A stretch of DNA of 62,236 nt, filler included, from Babesia bigemina (lineage: Eukaryota), in NCBI RefSeq assembly GCF_000981445.1. It is 9 parts of 9 records of this genome, joined end to end, with 100 filler letters (N's around TTAATTAATTAA, not from the genome) between each part and the next. Parts side by side here need not be neighbours in the genome. Positions count along the whole stretch, not along the records: positions 33,055 to 40,545 come from NW_012237120.1; positions 40,646 to 43,271 come from NW_012237121.1; positions 43,372 to 62,236 come from NW_012237122.1; 6 more parts are not named here. The stretch is one strand, 5' to 3'. Positions 32,955-44,960 of this stretch are shown here, piece by piece. Each line of letters opens with the position of its first letter. The first letter of the stretch is position 1. Both the position numbers and the translations under genes were made by a program. A model generated the notes under the pieces. It made no database searches. It saw only the letters and a list, made by a program, of their open reading frames with translations, and had not been told where the DNA came from.

Positions 32955-33054
32955 NNNNNNNNNNNNNNNNNNNNNNNNNNNNNNNNNNNNNNNNNNNNTT
33001 AATTAATTAANNNNNNNNNNNNNNNNNNNNNNNNNNNNNNNNNNNNNNNNNNNN
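32955..33054. other. Artificial contig linker
   Basis: N44-TTAATTAATTAA-N44. Confidence 0.97.
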
Positions 33055-34195
33055 GCTGACCAATGCCATGATCAAGTTACTGGTTACGGCAGCGATGACA
33101 TGGTTACGGCAGCGATGACATGGTGACCAAGCACCTGACCAGAGTAGTGATTATCATCCACTCTACATCGCCCCTTAACCCACTCTTCATCGCCCCTTTA
33201 TCCACTCTACATCGCCCCTTAACCCACTCTTCATCGCTCCTTAACCCACTCTACATCGCTCCCTAACCCACTCTACATCGCTCCTTTATCCACTCTACAT
33301 CGCCCCTTAACCCATTCTACATCGCCCCTTAACCCACTCCACATCGCTCCCTTACCCAATCTACATCGCCCTTTATCCACTCTTCATCGCTCCTCTATCC
33401 ACTCTACATCGCTCCTTATCCACTCCACATCGCCCCTTTATCCACTCTACATCGCTCCCTAACTCACCTTACATCGCCCCTTTATCCACTCTACATCGCT
33501 CCTTTACCCACTCCACATCGCTCCTTTATCCACTCTACATCGCCCCTTTATCCACTCTACATCGCTCCTTTAACCACTCTACATCGCTCCTTTAACCACT
33601 CTACATCGCCCTTTAACCACTCTACATCGCCCCTTTACCCACTCTACATCGCTCCCTAACCCACTCTACATCGCCCCTTAACCCACTCTACATCGCTCCT
33701 TAACCCACTCTACATCGCTCCTTCACCTCCTCTAATCGCTCCCTAACCCACTCTACATCGCTCCCTAACCCACTCTACATCGCTCCCTAACCCACTCTAC
33801 ATCGCTCCCTAACCCACTCTATATCGCTCCCTAATCCACTCTACATCGCCCCTTTATCCACCTTACATCGCTCCCTAACCCACTCCACATCGCCCCTTAA
33901 CCCACTCCACATCACCCCTTAACCCACTCTACATCGCCCCTTTACCCACTCTACATCGCCCCTTTACCCACTCTACATCGCTCCCTAACCCACTCTACAT
34001 CGCTCCTTTACCCACTCTACATCGCTCCTTTATCCACTCTACATCGCTCCTTTACCCACTCTACATCGCCGCTTTACCCACTCCACATCGCCCCTTTACC
34101 CACTCCAGATCGCTCCTTAACCCACTCTACATCGCTCCCTTACCCACTCTACATCGCCCCTTTACCCACTCTACATCGCTCCTTTATCCACTCTA
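33055..34195 (+). repeat. Remnant 12-bp and 20-bp units, then 21-22-bp array (33157-34195) 5' of antigen ORF
   Basis: Directly visible. Confidence 0.93.
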
Positions 34196-34210
34196 AGCCA
34201 TAGCAATAAC

Positions 34211-37200
34211 TTGTCCCTTGTCACCCTTTACTTCCCTCCCTCTACTCCACCTTCCTCATCTGCTGGCTCTCCATCATCCTCCTCTTCCACTGGTTGGACT
34301 AAGAAAATTAGTGACAAAATTGATGAGCTTAAAAAGCAATTAGATGACCTAAAAAACCGTAAAAATACCAAAAATCCACCGCTTACTGAAAAAGATTCCA
34401 AGTCCCTTGACTCCCTTCCTACCCAGTTGGCGTCTCTTGAGACTGTGAAGAAGCTTGCTGAATTTGCTGAGCAACTTGACACTAAATATAATACTAATAA
34501 CATCCTTAATAATCTTTGTACTGGCCTCGAAAAATTCCTCGGCTTCAACTCTACCTCCAAAGGCTACACTGGCCAGGGCATTGTGTACTCTGACTTGGAT
34601 AGGCTGTGTGATGCAGTGATGGGATTTCTGAGTGGTGTGCTTGGTGCAGTGAAAGATGATGATGCAGTTAAAACGTATGATGTTCATCAATATATTAGTA
34701 AATTACCATCTACAATACAAGGAAAAATGCATCGTTCATCAGGTGAGTACATTGGTGCAATTAATGCTGTTTCAGGTGCGCTGTCTGCTTGGGACTTGGA
34801 CGTCACTGGGAGAACAAAACATGTAAAAACCGCATTCAATAATATTAAAGATGTAGCGTTTATTGCATTTCATGAGTCACTTGTGTCACTTTTCAATTGC
34901 TCTGCTAGTGATGTCGCCGATAAGTTGCAAGTCTGCTTTGACAAGGCGGAGGAGATACGTAAGGCATTCAAGTTGGCTAAGCAGGCTTATACAAATCTTG
35001 ATGAAGACCTGAAACACAAGTCGAAAGGGAATGTAACCAACGTCAAAGTGCAAGTGGAAAAATTTGTTGAAGCTGCTACTAACAAGGAGCTGAGAGTCGT
35101 CATGGATGTGACTAAGTGGCAACTAGATGAGTTGCAGATAAACGTAAGTGACAATGTGCGTAGTACAATTGAGGCGATGGAGATTATGCTGCAAAACAAG
35201 TTTAGAGATGAAATTCAGAATCCAATTATAGATGTTAAAGAGAGGCTGAACAACGTCAATGGTCAATTAGATGATTGGATACTCATGGCCCAGGAGGTTG
35301 TGAAGGCGGCGGAGAGAAAGTGTGTGGAAATATTGAAGATATTGACCGGAGATGGACAGGGCGATAGGGAGGCTGTAATAAAGGCTGTGGAGAAGTTGCA
35401 TACTAAGGCAAATGAACTTTTCAAGGCTGCAAACAATACTAAAAAGCAGATTGTAGACTGGTCGCAATCGGCGCTTGACGCCGTCGTGACTACGAATTTG
35501 GCTTTAAGGACAGATTTGACTCAGGTGAAAGCGCGTGTCAGTGAAGGTATACGGGATTATTTCATGGCGTATGTCAAAAACGTTCAGACGCAAGTTGGGC
35601 TTATTAAAGGAAATCACAACGACAAAACAGGTATGGAGGGAATTCGAATGAAAATAGTAGATAAATGGGCTTCGAGATTTAAAGATAAGCTACAGTTTGA
35701 GGAGACCGTGATAGCTTGGATTTTCGATATTTTGGAAGATAATGAATTAGTCGTGGAACATTTGACGGAGTACGTTTCGGGAAACAGTGTGTTAAACGGA
35801 AAATATTATGATGATGAAAGTGACAATTACAAGTTGCTCAAAGAGGATATAGCAAAAGAAATTGTTGCAAATCTCAATGCTGACAGCGATATTATTCTGG
35901 AGGTCTCTCAAGCAGTGACAGAGCAGATACGCGCTACGAACACTATTCAGGAGCATATTGATGCCGTGATCAAAGGTATAGATTCGTTTGCGAGATTACT
36001 GAATATAGAGATTGGTAAGAAGAAACTCACCAAACATAGTGGTACACTTGTTGAACATTTAGCCGCAAAAATTGCAGCAAAAGTCGTCAATTCTCCATCT
36101 TCGTACAGCCATAAAGAGGGAGATCTGCAAGCCGCCGTGAGGAAAACATTGAACGTGCTTTCCTCCACTGCTAATCAGGCTGCGGAAGAGCTTTCATCAT
36201 TTGCTGGCATCGAAGAAGAAGAAATCAAAATTGGCAAAAATGTAGACTCCGCGCTAAGTGTAGTTACGTCGCTTGCCACCGGTTTTATTGAGGCACTAAA
36301 AAATGGCAACGAAGCCACCCCTCCCACCTATGACCTTTCCACTCCTGGTCAGGTTGACCTTAAAGACAATATTCCACTGACAATTGAAAAAATACTAGAC
36401 AACAGAATTGGTAAGGGTCGAGATAAAGGTGCTGTTAATATCAATATCGAGAGCAAAACATTTACGTCTTACGATGGTTATATCCGACAAAGGAAACTGT
36501 CGAATGAAAAACCAAAGCTTACCGGCAACAAGGGTGAAGACGAGGGTAACCTTCCGCAATCAATAGGAGAGATTAGGGAAAAGGTGCAAGACGCACTTTC
36601 GATTATCGATTCGAGTGGCCGTAACGGCAATATATACGAAGAAACGTTTAACAAATTGTGTGAAGAAGTTAACTCGCAATTCCGAACTCTCTGCAATAAG
36701 GTCAAAGATATGGTCGAGTGTGACTGTACGCCAAGCACTACCGAAGACAAAGTGCCATCCGATAGAGGCGTGCAAAAATTGTTGGACGATTTGAAAAAAA
36801 TGATACATGATGAAGGCGAGGAAACTATCTATTCGCTACCCAAACGTTTAAGAGAGATCCACAAAACACTGAAAACCACAATAATTGGCTATCCAGTCAG
36901 CGGCGACTTAAGCGGCGCACCTACCACCCTGGAACAAATCATTTATGCAGCCGATAAACTGGATGGATTAATCGTTTCGCAGGCTAACGAGGCAATGAGT
37001 ACTATAATCAGTAATGTAAAAACACAAGTTACAGAGAGGACCGAACACATTCAAAAAGAAGCGAAGAGGGGTTATCTGACAAGAATTCGAAAACTGTTTA
37101 ACGAAATTGAAGGTAAGGTTGGAATTGAGATCAGGAAATTGAATGACATTATTACTAGCGATCTGAAAAACGGTGTGAAGGGGTTTATGAACTGCATTAA

Positions 37201-39835
37201 CGGTAATAAAAATTTACTGGAAACACTAAAAAATGAAATATATCTACCATCAATGTCCTTCAATCTCAACAAGTTCCTCACCACGCTCATGCACTACATC
37301 AAAACACAAGTCTCCGGCGACAGCGCACTGAAAAGCGACGTCAGGTCCATCTCCCTCCTTTCCCATACGCTCCTCGACGACCTCTACTCTTCGAAGCAAT
37401 TTGACGACACCTTCAGCCAAAACTTAGAAAATCTGATAACCAAAGTAACGACATTCGCACCTAAGCAATTTCAGAACACCCACCATCCCGAGTTGGGAGA
37501 CATACTGAAACATGGAATGACCGGTTTCATAACCGAGTTGCAGAAGCAGTACATATCGCGGTATTCGATGGAAACGTTCAAAGAAGTGTTAACTACAACT
37601 AAGGACAAAAAAGACACATTAACCGATTACGGCCGGAAGTGCGCCAAGGTATGTCTCAGCATAGTGCCCATCGTGACCGACTCACTAAATGAGCTCAAGG
37701 AGAAGCTTGACAACGAAGACGGGAAGTGGAAGCAATATAAGATATATAATTCCGGTGAATCCCACCACAGCCTCCATCGGCTGTTCTTCACTGAGCATGG
37801 GTACGATACTGGTCTCCCCGTCGGCTCCAAGCATGGCGAGTTGAATCATCACTCCGATTGTATTGGCAGTCGTATTCTGGATCATTTGACTACTGGAAAC
37901 AAATCTCTAATTAATGTAAAGTCCGCTCGCATTGCTGGTGTTGGTTTGTCACTGGACGGTGACGATGCTCCGACGGTCGAGCACGTCGTGGAACAAGGCG
38001 TCATATTTGATTTGTTTTCCTACCTTGGACAATACTACAAAGTAGGCCACTTAATTCACATCGACAAACCAAGAACGCCGTGTAATGTCTACGAAATGCT
38101 GGTGTGGCTGAGTGGCCTCCCGCATAATCGTATCTGTGACAAACTTGAAGATGCCATCAAAACGTATTGCGTGAAGCCTGAAAACAAAAAGGACAAAGAG
38201 TTCTCCGATATTCTTCCCATTTACTTGAAACTGGATAACACATCGCCGACGACAGCGTACTATCTACATGATATAGTTCAGAACGTCTGCACAAATGCAC
38301 CTACGCTCCTCACTACCATCCTCGGCACCGGTGACGAAAACACGACGTATACCTGTGACTACTCCAACAATGCGCTTAAGCTTAGGTACCCAGCGAGCGG
38401 TGAAGATTGCCTGCATACGTTCTTAGACATACTCCGCCGCGTGTGGTACGTTCTCAGATACTTGGAAGGGCAGTGCGGTCACCCGTCATCAATCTACGGA
38501 TGGCGTGACTGCCAATACGGCAAGGCAGTCGACCACTCAAATTGGCAGTGTGAGGACCACCCAAGAAAGCAACCTAAGTGCCAAGCAAACTGTCAACCAA
38601 AGTGCCAGGCAGCGTGCCAACCAAACACCCAAGCAAACTGCCAGCCGGCTTCTCCATTGATGAGCTATTTCAACGACTGCCTACCAGGTCATTTGCCACA
38701 CAGGTTGGAATCAATCGGTTGCAAATCGGAATGTAAAACGTGCTCACCCAAATCGAAGGGGCAGCCCTGTTTGACGCCACTTGGCTTCAGGGCTTTCTCC
38801 GGCTCTACCAAAACCGGCAAGGTGCTTTGCAGAATCCTGGATCAATTCCTGAATTCGGATGATGTTTCATGCTTATTTGCACTTGCGCAGAGTCCACCGG
38901 CGACATTGGCAGAACATTTCTGCTTCACTTTGTCGCTGGTGAAAGGATGGTATCCTGGTACTACATCGTCATACAACAACGGATTCCAATCAGTGTTTGT
39001 AGAATCAATAGATAAGCAATCAATAAGTCTCTACAAGGAGACCAGCACACTTACTGACGCGCTTCGTGACGCATACGGTAGCAGTCACAGTAGTCATGAG
39101 GACAAAAAGCATAATGAAAAACCTGCTAAAAACAAAGCAGAGGAAATTAGAAGGGGTGACTTGTCAAGTCTGTCGATGGCTGTGGACTGTCCCGGTCAGC
39201 ACTGCGGTCCATACCTCTCACCTCTCTGCAGCGACACTTATCGTCAGCTCCTCAGAAAGAATTCCGACACGTACCTATCCTGGTCGGTGTACCTTCCGTG
39301 GACATTTTGGGAATTACTGAACAGCTTATACAATTCACTCTGCGCCATCTCTTGTCAAGATTGGGGCTGCAAAACGTGTATGCAGGGCGATGCGTGCAGA
39401 CGAGGAAAGCATGGTGACTCTCGGGCAGCGTGTAAGTGTCCCTCATTAGTTGCTTGCAGAGGCGTGTCACCAACGTTGTACAGTTATGGATTTAGGTTTG
39501 GCGTGCCATGGCTGTTGGGTGACAAAGAGACGAAGAAGACGTGCTTCGACATCCAAAAGCAGTTGCAAAATGTCCTTCAATCGCAATATTTCGAAGCACT
39601 GTTTAAGGAATGTGATGAATTTATTTTCACCATCCGCGCCCCCTTCATCTGGCTCAATGTAGCCCTCTGGCTCCTCTCTCTGTTGTACCTCCTCCACATC
39701 ATGGTCATCCGCCTAGACCTGCTCCACATCAAATCGCATTTGCATAGTCCCTCATCACATCGCATAGCTGCCCAATCACTGCTCGCTGCTGGACGTGTTA
39801 ACAAGCTTAACAGGGTGTTTTATCTGCAACCATAA
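34211..39835 (+). CDS. ves-like variant surface antigen family protein (NKLNRVFYLQP tail class)
   Basis: 1874-codon ORF with all family motifs; track start is TTG and the first in-frame ATG is 34619; C-terminal half very similar to 7452-9930(-). Confidence 0.85.
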   Translation: MSLVTLYFPPSTPPSSSAGSPSSSSSTGWTKKISDKIDELKKQLDDLKNRKNTKNPPLTEKDSKSLDSLPTQLASLETVKKLAEFAEQLDTKYNTNNILNNLCTGLEKFLGFNSTSKGYTGQGIVYSDLDRLCDAVMGFLSGVLGAVKDDDAVKTYDVHQYISKLPSTIQGKMHRSSGEYIGAINAVSGALSAWDLDVTGRTKHVKTAFNNIKDVAFIAFHESLVSLFNCSASDVADKLQVCFDKAEEIRKAFKLAKQAYTNLDEDLKHKSKGNVTNVKVQVEKFVEAATNKELRVVMDVTKWQLDELQINVSDNVRSTIEAMEIMLQNKFRDEIQNPIIDVKERLNNVNGQLDDWILMAQEVVKAAERKCVEILKILTGDGQGDREAVIKAVEKLHTKANELFKAANNTKKQIVDWSQSALDAVVTTNLALRTDLTQVKARVSEGIRDYFMAYVKNVQTQVGLIKGNHNDKTGMEGIRMKIVDKWASRFKDKLQFEETVIAWIFDILEDNELVVEHLTEYVSGNSVLNGKYYDDESDNYKLLKEDIAKEIVANLNADSDIILEVSQAVTEQIRATNTIQEHIDAVIKGIDSFARLLNIEIGKKKLTKHSGTLVEHLAAKIAAKVVNSPSSYSHKEGDLQAAVRKTLNVLSSTANQAAEELSSFAGIEEEEIKIGKNVDSALSVVTSLATGFIEALKNGNEATPPTYDLSTPGQVDLKDNIPLTIEKILDNRIGKGRDKGAVNINIESKTFTSYDGYIRQRKLSNEKPKLTGNKGEDEGNLPQSIGEIREKVQDALSIIDSSGRNGNIYEETFNKLCEEVNSQFRTLCNKVKDMVECDCTPSTTEDKVPSDRGVQKLLDDLKKMIHDEGEETIYSLPKRLREIHKTLKTTIIGYPVSGDLSGAPTTLEQIIYAADKLDGLIVSQANEAMSTIISNVKTQVTERTEHIQKEAKRGYLTRIRKLFNEIEGKVGIEIRKLNDIITSDLKNGVKGFMNCINGNKNLLETLKNEIYLPSMSFNLNKFLTTLMHYIKTQVSGDSALKSDVRSISLLSHTLLDDLYSSKQFDDTFSQNLENLITKVTTFAPKQFQNTHHPELGDILKHGMTGFITELQKQYISRYSMETFKEVLTTTKDKKDTLTDYGRKCAKVCLSIVPIVTDSLNELKEKLDNEDGKWKQYKIYNSGESHHSLHRLFFTEHGYDTGLPVGSKHGELNHHSDCIGSRILDHLTTGNKSLINVKSARIAGVGLSLDGDDAPTVEHVVEQGVIFDLFSYLGQYYKVGHLIHIDKPRTPCNVYEMLVWLSGLPHNRICDKLEDAIKTYCVKPENKKDKEFSDILPIYLKLDNTSPTTAYYLHDIVQNVCTNAPTLLTTILGTGDENTTYTCDYSNNALKLRYPASGEDCLHTFLDILRRVWYVLRYLEGQCGHPSSIYGWRDCQYGKAVDHSNWQCEDHPRKQPKCQANCQPKCQAACQPNTQANCQPASPLMSYFNDCLPGHLPHRLESIGCKSECKTCSPKSKGQPCLTPLGFRAFSGSTKTGKVLCRILDQFLNSDDVSCLFALAQSPPATLAEHFCFTLSLVKGWYPGTTSSYNNGFQSVFVESIDKQSISLYKETSTLTDALRDAYGSSHSSHEDKKHNEKPAKNKAEEIRRGDLSSLSMAVDCPGQHCGPYLSPLCSDTYRQLLRKNSDTYLSWSVYLPWTFWELLNSLYNSLCAISCQDWGCKTCMQGDACRRGKHGDSRAACKCPSLVACRGVSPTLYSYGFRFGVPWLLGDKETKKTCFDIQKQLQNVLQSQYFEALFKECDEFIFTIRAPFIWLNVALWLLSLLYLLHIMVIRLDLLHIKSHLHSPSSHRIAAQSLLAAGRVNKLNRVFYLQP

Positions 39836-39960
39836 TCGTACTCACGTGTTTACTATCTACACTCACCTAGCATCACCTACTCACCTAACTTATGAATTGT
39901 GCTTTAATCTGTTGAATCACTCATTAATCGTTGTATGTGATTGTGTAATAGTTAACTAAA

Positions 39961-40545
39961 GTGTTGACCAACGTGCTGCCCAAAGTGTTGACCAAGGTGT
40001 TGACCAACGTGTTGACCAATGTGTTGACCAAGGTGCTGACCAATGCCAAGACCAATGTGCTGACCAACGTGTTGACCAATGCCATGACCAAGGTGCTGAC
40101 CAACGTGGTGACCAACGTGGTGACCAAAGTGTTGACCAACGTGTTGACCAAGATGCTGCCCAAAGTGTTGACCAACGTGCTGACCAAAGTGCTGACCAAA
40201 GTGCTGACCTATGTGTTGACCAACGTGTTGACCAAGATGCTGCCCAAAGTGTTGACCAACGTGGTGACCAACCACCTGACCAATGCTCTGACCTGAGTGG
40301 TGACCAACGTGGTGACCAAAGTGCTGACCAATGTGCTGACAAACGTGGTGACCAAAGTGGTGACCAATGTGCTGACCAAGGTGCTGACCAAGTTGATGGT
40401 CACGGCAGCGATGACATGGTCACGGCAGCGATGACATGGGCACGGCAGCGATGACAGTGGTGACTTAAGTGGTGATGATCATCCACTCTACATCGCCCCT
40501 TAACCCACTCTACATCGCTCCCTAACCCACTCTACATCGCCCCTT
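39961..40545 (+). repeat. 12-bp array (39961-40392), 20-bp array (40396-40460) and start of 21-22-bp array
   Basis: Directly visible. Confidence 0.93.
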
Positions 40546-40645
40546 NNNNNNNNNNNNNNNNNNNNNNNNNNNNNNNNNNNNNNNNNNNNTTAATTAATTA
40601 ANNNNNNNNNNNNNNNNNNNNNNNNNNNNNNNNNNNNNNNNNNNN
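40546..40645. other. Artificial contig linker
   Basis: N44-TTAATTAATTAA-N44. Confidence 0.97.
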
Positions 40646-43271
40646 CTCTACATCGCCCCTTTACCCACTCCACATCGCTCCCTAACCCACTCTACATCGC
40701 TCCCTTATCCACTCTACATCGCCCCTTTACCCACTCCACATCGCTCCCTAACCCACTCTACATCGCCCCTTAACCCACTCTACATCGCCCCTTCACCCAC
40801 TCTACATCGCTCCCTAACCCACTCTACATCGCTCCCTAACCCACTCTACATCGCCCCTTAATCCACTCTACATCGCCCCTTTATCCACTCTACATTGCCC
40901 CTTAACCCACTCTACATCGCCCCTTTATCCACTCTACATCGCTCCTTTATCCACTCTACATCGCCCCTTTATCCACTCTACATCGCCCCTTTATCCACTC
41001 TACATCGCCCCTTTATCCACTCCACATCGCCCCTTTATCCACTCTACATCGCCCCTTAACCCACTCTACATCGCCCCTTAATCCACTCTACATCGCTCCT
41101 TAATCCACTCTACATCGCCCCTTAACCCACTCTACATCGCTCCTTTACCCACTCTACATCGCCCCTTAACCCACTCTACATCGCCCCTTAACCCACTCTA
41201 CATCGCCCCTTAACCCACTCTACATCGCTCCCTTATCCACTCTACATCGCTCCTTACCCACTCTACATCGCCCCTTTATCCACTCCACATCGCTCCCTAA
41301 CCCACTCCACATCGCACCTTTACCCACTCTACATCGCTCCCTAACCCACTCTACATCGCTCCCTAACCCACTCTACATCGCTCCCTAACCCACTCTACAT
41401 CGCTCCCTTATCCACTCTACATCGCCCCTTAACCCACTCTACATCGCCCCTTAATCCACTCTACATCGCTCCCTTACCCACTCTACATCGCCCCTTAACC
41501 CACTCTACATCGCCCCTTAACCCACCTTACATCGCCCCTTAACCCACTCTACATCGCCCCTTAACCCACTCTACATCGCTCCCTAACCCACTCTACATCG
41601 CTCCCTAACCCACTCTACATCGCCCCTTTATCCACTCTACATCGCCCCTTAACCCACTCTACATCGCTCTCTTACGCACTCTACATCGCTCCCTAACCCA
41701 CTCTACATCGCTCCTTTATCCACTCTACATCGCTCCCTAATCCACTCTACATCGCTCCTTTACCCACTCCACATCGCCCCTTTATCCACTCCACATCGCC
41801 CCTTATCCACTCTACATCGCTCCTCAACCCACTCTACATCGCTCCCTAACCCACTCCACATCGCCCCTTTATCCACTCTACATCGCTCCCTAACCCACTC
41901 TACATCGCCCCTTTATCCACTCTACATCGCCACTTAACCCACTCTACATCGCTCCCTAACCCACTCCACATCGCCCCTTTATCCACTCTACATCGCCACT
42001 TAACCCACTCTACATCGCTGCTTTATCCACTCTACATCGCTCCCTAACCCACTCCACATCGCTCCCTAACCCACTCCACATCGCCCCTTTACCCACTCTA
42101 CATCGCTCCCTAATCCACTCTACATCGCTTCCTAACCCACTCCACATCGACCTTTTACCCACTCTACATCGCCCCTTTATCCACTCCACATCGCTCCTTA
42201 ACCCACTCTACATCGCCCCTTTACCCACTCTACATCGCCCCTTTACCCACTCTACATCGCCCCTTTATCCACTCTACATCGCCCCTTAATCCACTCTACA
42301 TCGCTCCTTTATCCACTCTACATCGCCCCTTAACTCACTCCACATCGCCCCTTTAGCCACTCCACATCGCCCCTTAACCCACTCCACATCGCCCCTTATC
42401 CACACTACATCGCTCCCTAACCCACTCTACATCGCTCCCTAACCCACTCTACATCGCCTTTTTACCCACTCTACATCGCCCCTTAACCCACTCTACATCG
42501 CTCCCTAATCCACTCTACATCGCCCCTTTATCCACTCTACATCGCTCCCTAATCCACTCCACATCGCTCCCTAACCCACTCCACATCGCTCCCTAACCCA
42601 CCCTTCATCGCTCCCTGACCCACTCCACATCGCCCCTTTATCCACCCTACATCGCCCCTTTATCCACTCTACATCGCCCCTTTATCCACTCTACATCGCT
42701 CCCTAATCCACTCCACATCGCTCCCTAACCCACTCCACATCGCTCCCTAACCCACCCTTCATCGCTCCCTGACCCACTCCACATCGCCCCTTTATCCACT
42801 CCACATCGCCCCTTAACCCACTCTTCATCGCTCCCTAACCCACTCTACATCGCTCCTTAACCCACTCTACATCGCTCCCTAACCCACTCTACATCGCCCC
42901 TTTATCCACTCCACATCGCTCCCTAACCCACTCCACATCGCCCCTTTACCCACTCTACATCGCTCCCTAATCCACTCTACATCGCTTCCTAACCCACTCT
43001 ACATCGCCCCTTAACCCACTCTACATCGCTCCCTAACCCACTCCACATCGCCCCTTTATCCACTCCACATCGCCCCTTAACCCACTCTTCATCGCTCCCT
43101 AACCCACTCTACATCGCTCCTTAACCCACCCTTCATCGCTCCCTGACCCACTCCACATCGCCCCTTTATCCACTCCACATCGCCCCTTTATCCACTCCAC
43201 ATCGCCCCTTAACCACTCTTCATCGCTCCCTAAACCACTCTACATCGCTCCTTAACCCACTCTACATCGCT
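40646..43271 (+). repeat. Contig made entirely of the 21-22-bp array (2.6 kb)
   Basis: Directly visible. Confidence 0.95.
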
Positions 43272-43371
43272 NNNNNNNNNNNNNNNNNNNNNNNNNNNNN
43301 NNNNNNNNNNNNNNNTTAATTAATTAANNNNNNNNNNNNNNNNNNNNNNNNNNNNNNNNNNNNNNNNNNNN
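43272..43371. other. Artificial contig linker
   Basis: N44-TTAATTAATTAA-N44. Confidence 0.97.
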
Positions 43372-43982
43372 TGGTGACCAATGTGCTGCCCAAACTGTTG
43401 ACCAAGGTGCTGACCAATGTGCTGACCAATGTGCTGTCCAACGTGCTGACCAATGTGCTGTCCAACGTGCTGACCAATGTGCTGACCAATGTGCTGACCA
43501 ATGTGCTGACCAATCTGCTGACCAATGCCACGACCAAAGTGGTGACCTAAGTGCTGACCAACGTGCTGACCAACGTGCTGACCAAAGTGGTGACCTATGT
43601 GCTGACCAAAGTGGTGACCTATGTGCTGACCAATGCCATGACCAAAGTGGTGATCCAGATGCTGACCAAAGTGGTGACCAATGTGCTGACCAACGTGCTG
43701 ACCAGAGTGTTGACCAATGTTCTGACCAAAGCGCTGATCAATGTGCTGACCAAAGTGCTGACCAATGTGCTGACCAATGTGCTGACCAATGTGCTGACCA
43801 ATGTGCTGACCAAAGTGCTGACCAACGTGTTGACCAATGTGCTGACCAATGCCATGACCAATGTGCTGACTAATGCTCTGACCAAGGTGCTGACCAAGGT
43901 GCTGACCAATGCCATGACCAAAGTGCTGACCAATGCTATGACCAAAGTGTTGACCAAAGTGCTGACCAATGTGTTGACCAAG
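43372..43982 (+). repeat. 12-bp TGACCAA array
   Basis: Directly visible. Confidence 0.95.
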
Positions 43983-43985
43983 TTG

Positions 43986-44150
43986 ATGGTTCCGGCAGCG
44001 ATGACATGGACACGGCAGCGATGACATGGTTACGGCAGCGATGAAATGGTCACGGCAGCGATGACAGTTACGGCAGCGATGAAATGGTCACGGCAGCGGT
44101 GACATGGTCACGGCAGCGATGGCATGGTCACGGCAGCGATGGCATGGTGA
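43986..44150 (+). repeat. 20-bp array
   Basis: Directly visible. Confidence 0.93.
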
Positions 44151-44167
44151 CCAGAGTAGTGATATAT

Positions 44168-44858
44168 CGACTTTACATCGCCCCTAATCCACTCTACATC
44201 GCCCCTTTACCCACTCTACATCGCCCTTAACCCACTCTACATCGCCCCTTCACCCACTCTGCATCGCTCCCTAACCCACTCTACATCGCTCCTTAACCCA
44301 CTCTACATCGCTCCCTAACCCACTCTACATCGCCCCTTAACCCACTCTACATCGCCCCTTTATCCACTCTACATCGCCCCTTAACCCACTCCACATCGCT
44401 CCTTTATCCACTCCACATCGCTCCCTAACCCACTCTACATCGCCCCTTAACCCACTCTACATCGCTCCTTTATCCACTCTACATCGCTCCTTTATCCACT
44501 CTACATCGCTCCTTTATCCACTCAACATCGCCCCTTAACCCACTCTACATCGCCCCTTAATCCACTCCACATCGCCCCTTTATCCACTCTACATCGCTCC
44601 CTTATCCACTCTACATCGCTCCTTTATCCACTCCACATCGCCCCTTACCCACTCTACATCGCCCCTTTACCCACTCTACATCGCCCCTTAACCCACTCTA
44701 CATCGCTCCCTAACCCACTCTACATCGCCCCTTTATCCACTCCACATCGCTCCTTAACCCACTCTACATCGCTCCCTAACCCACTCTACATCACCCCTTT
44801 ACCCACTCTACATCGCCCCTTTATCCACTCTACATCGCCCCTTAACCCACTCTACATC
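44168..44858 (+). repeat. 21-22-bp array 5' of antigen ORF
   Basis: Directly visible. Confidence 0.95.
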
Positions 44859-44960
44859 CCTCGAATTATCTTGTCTTATTAACGCTATGACCTCTTTAAA
44901 GCATCATAATAACTTGCTGATACTGACCATTCTCTTAGTGACGATGCTACAAGAAGAGCC

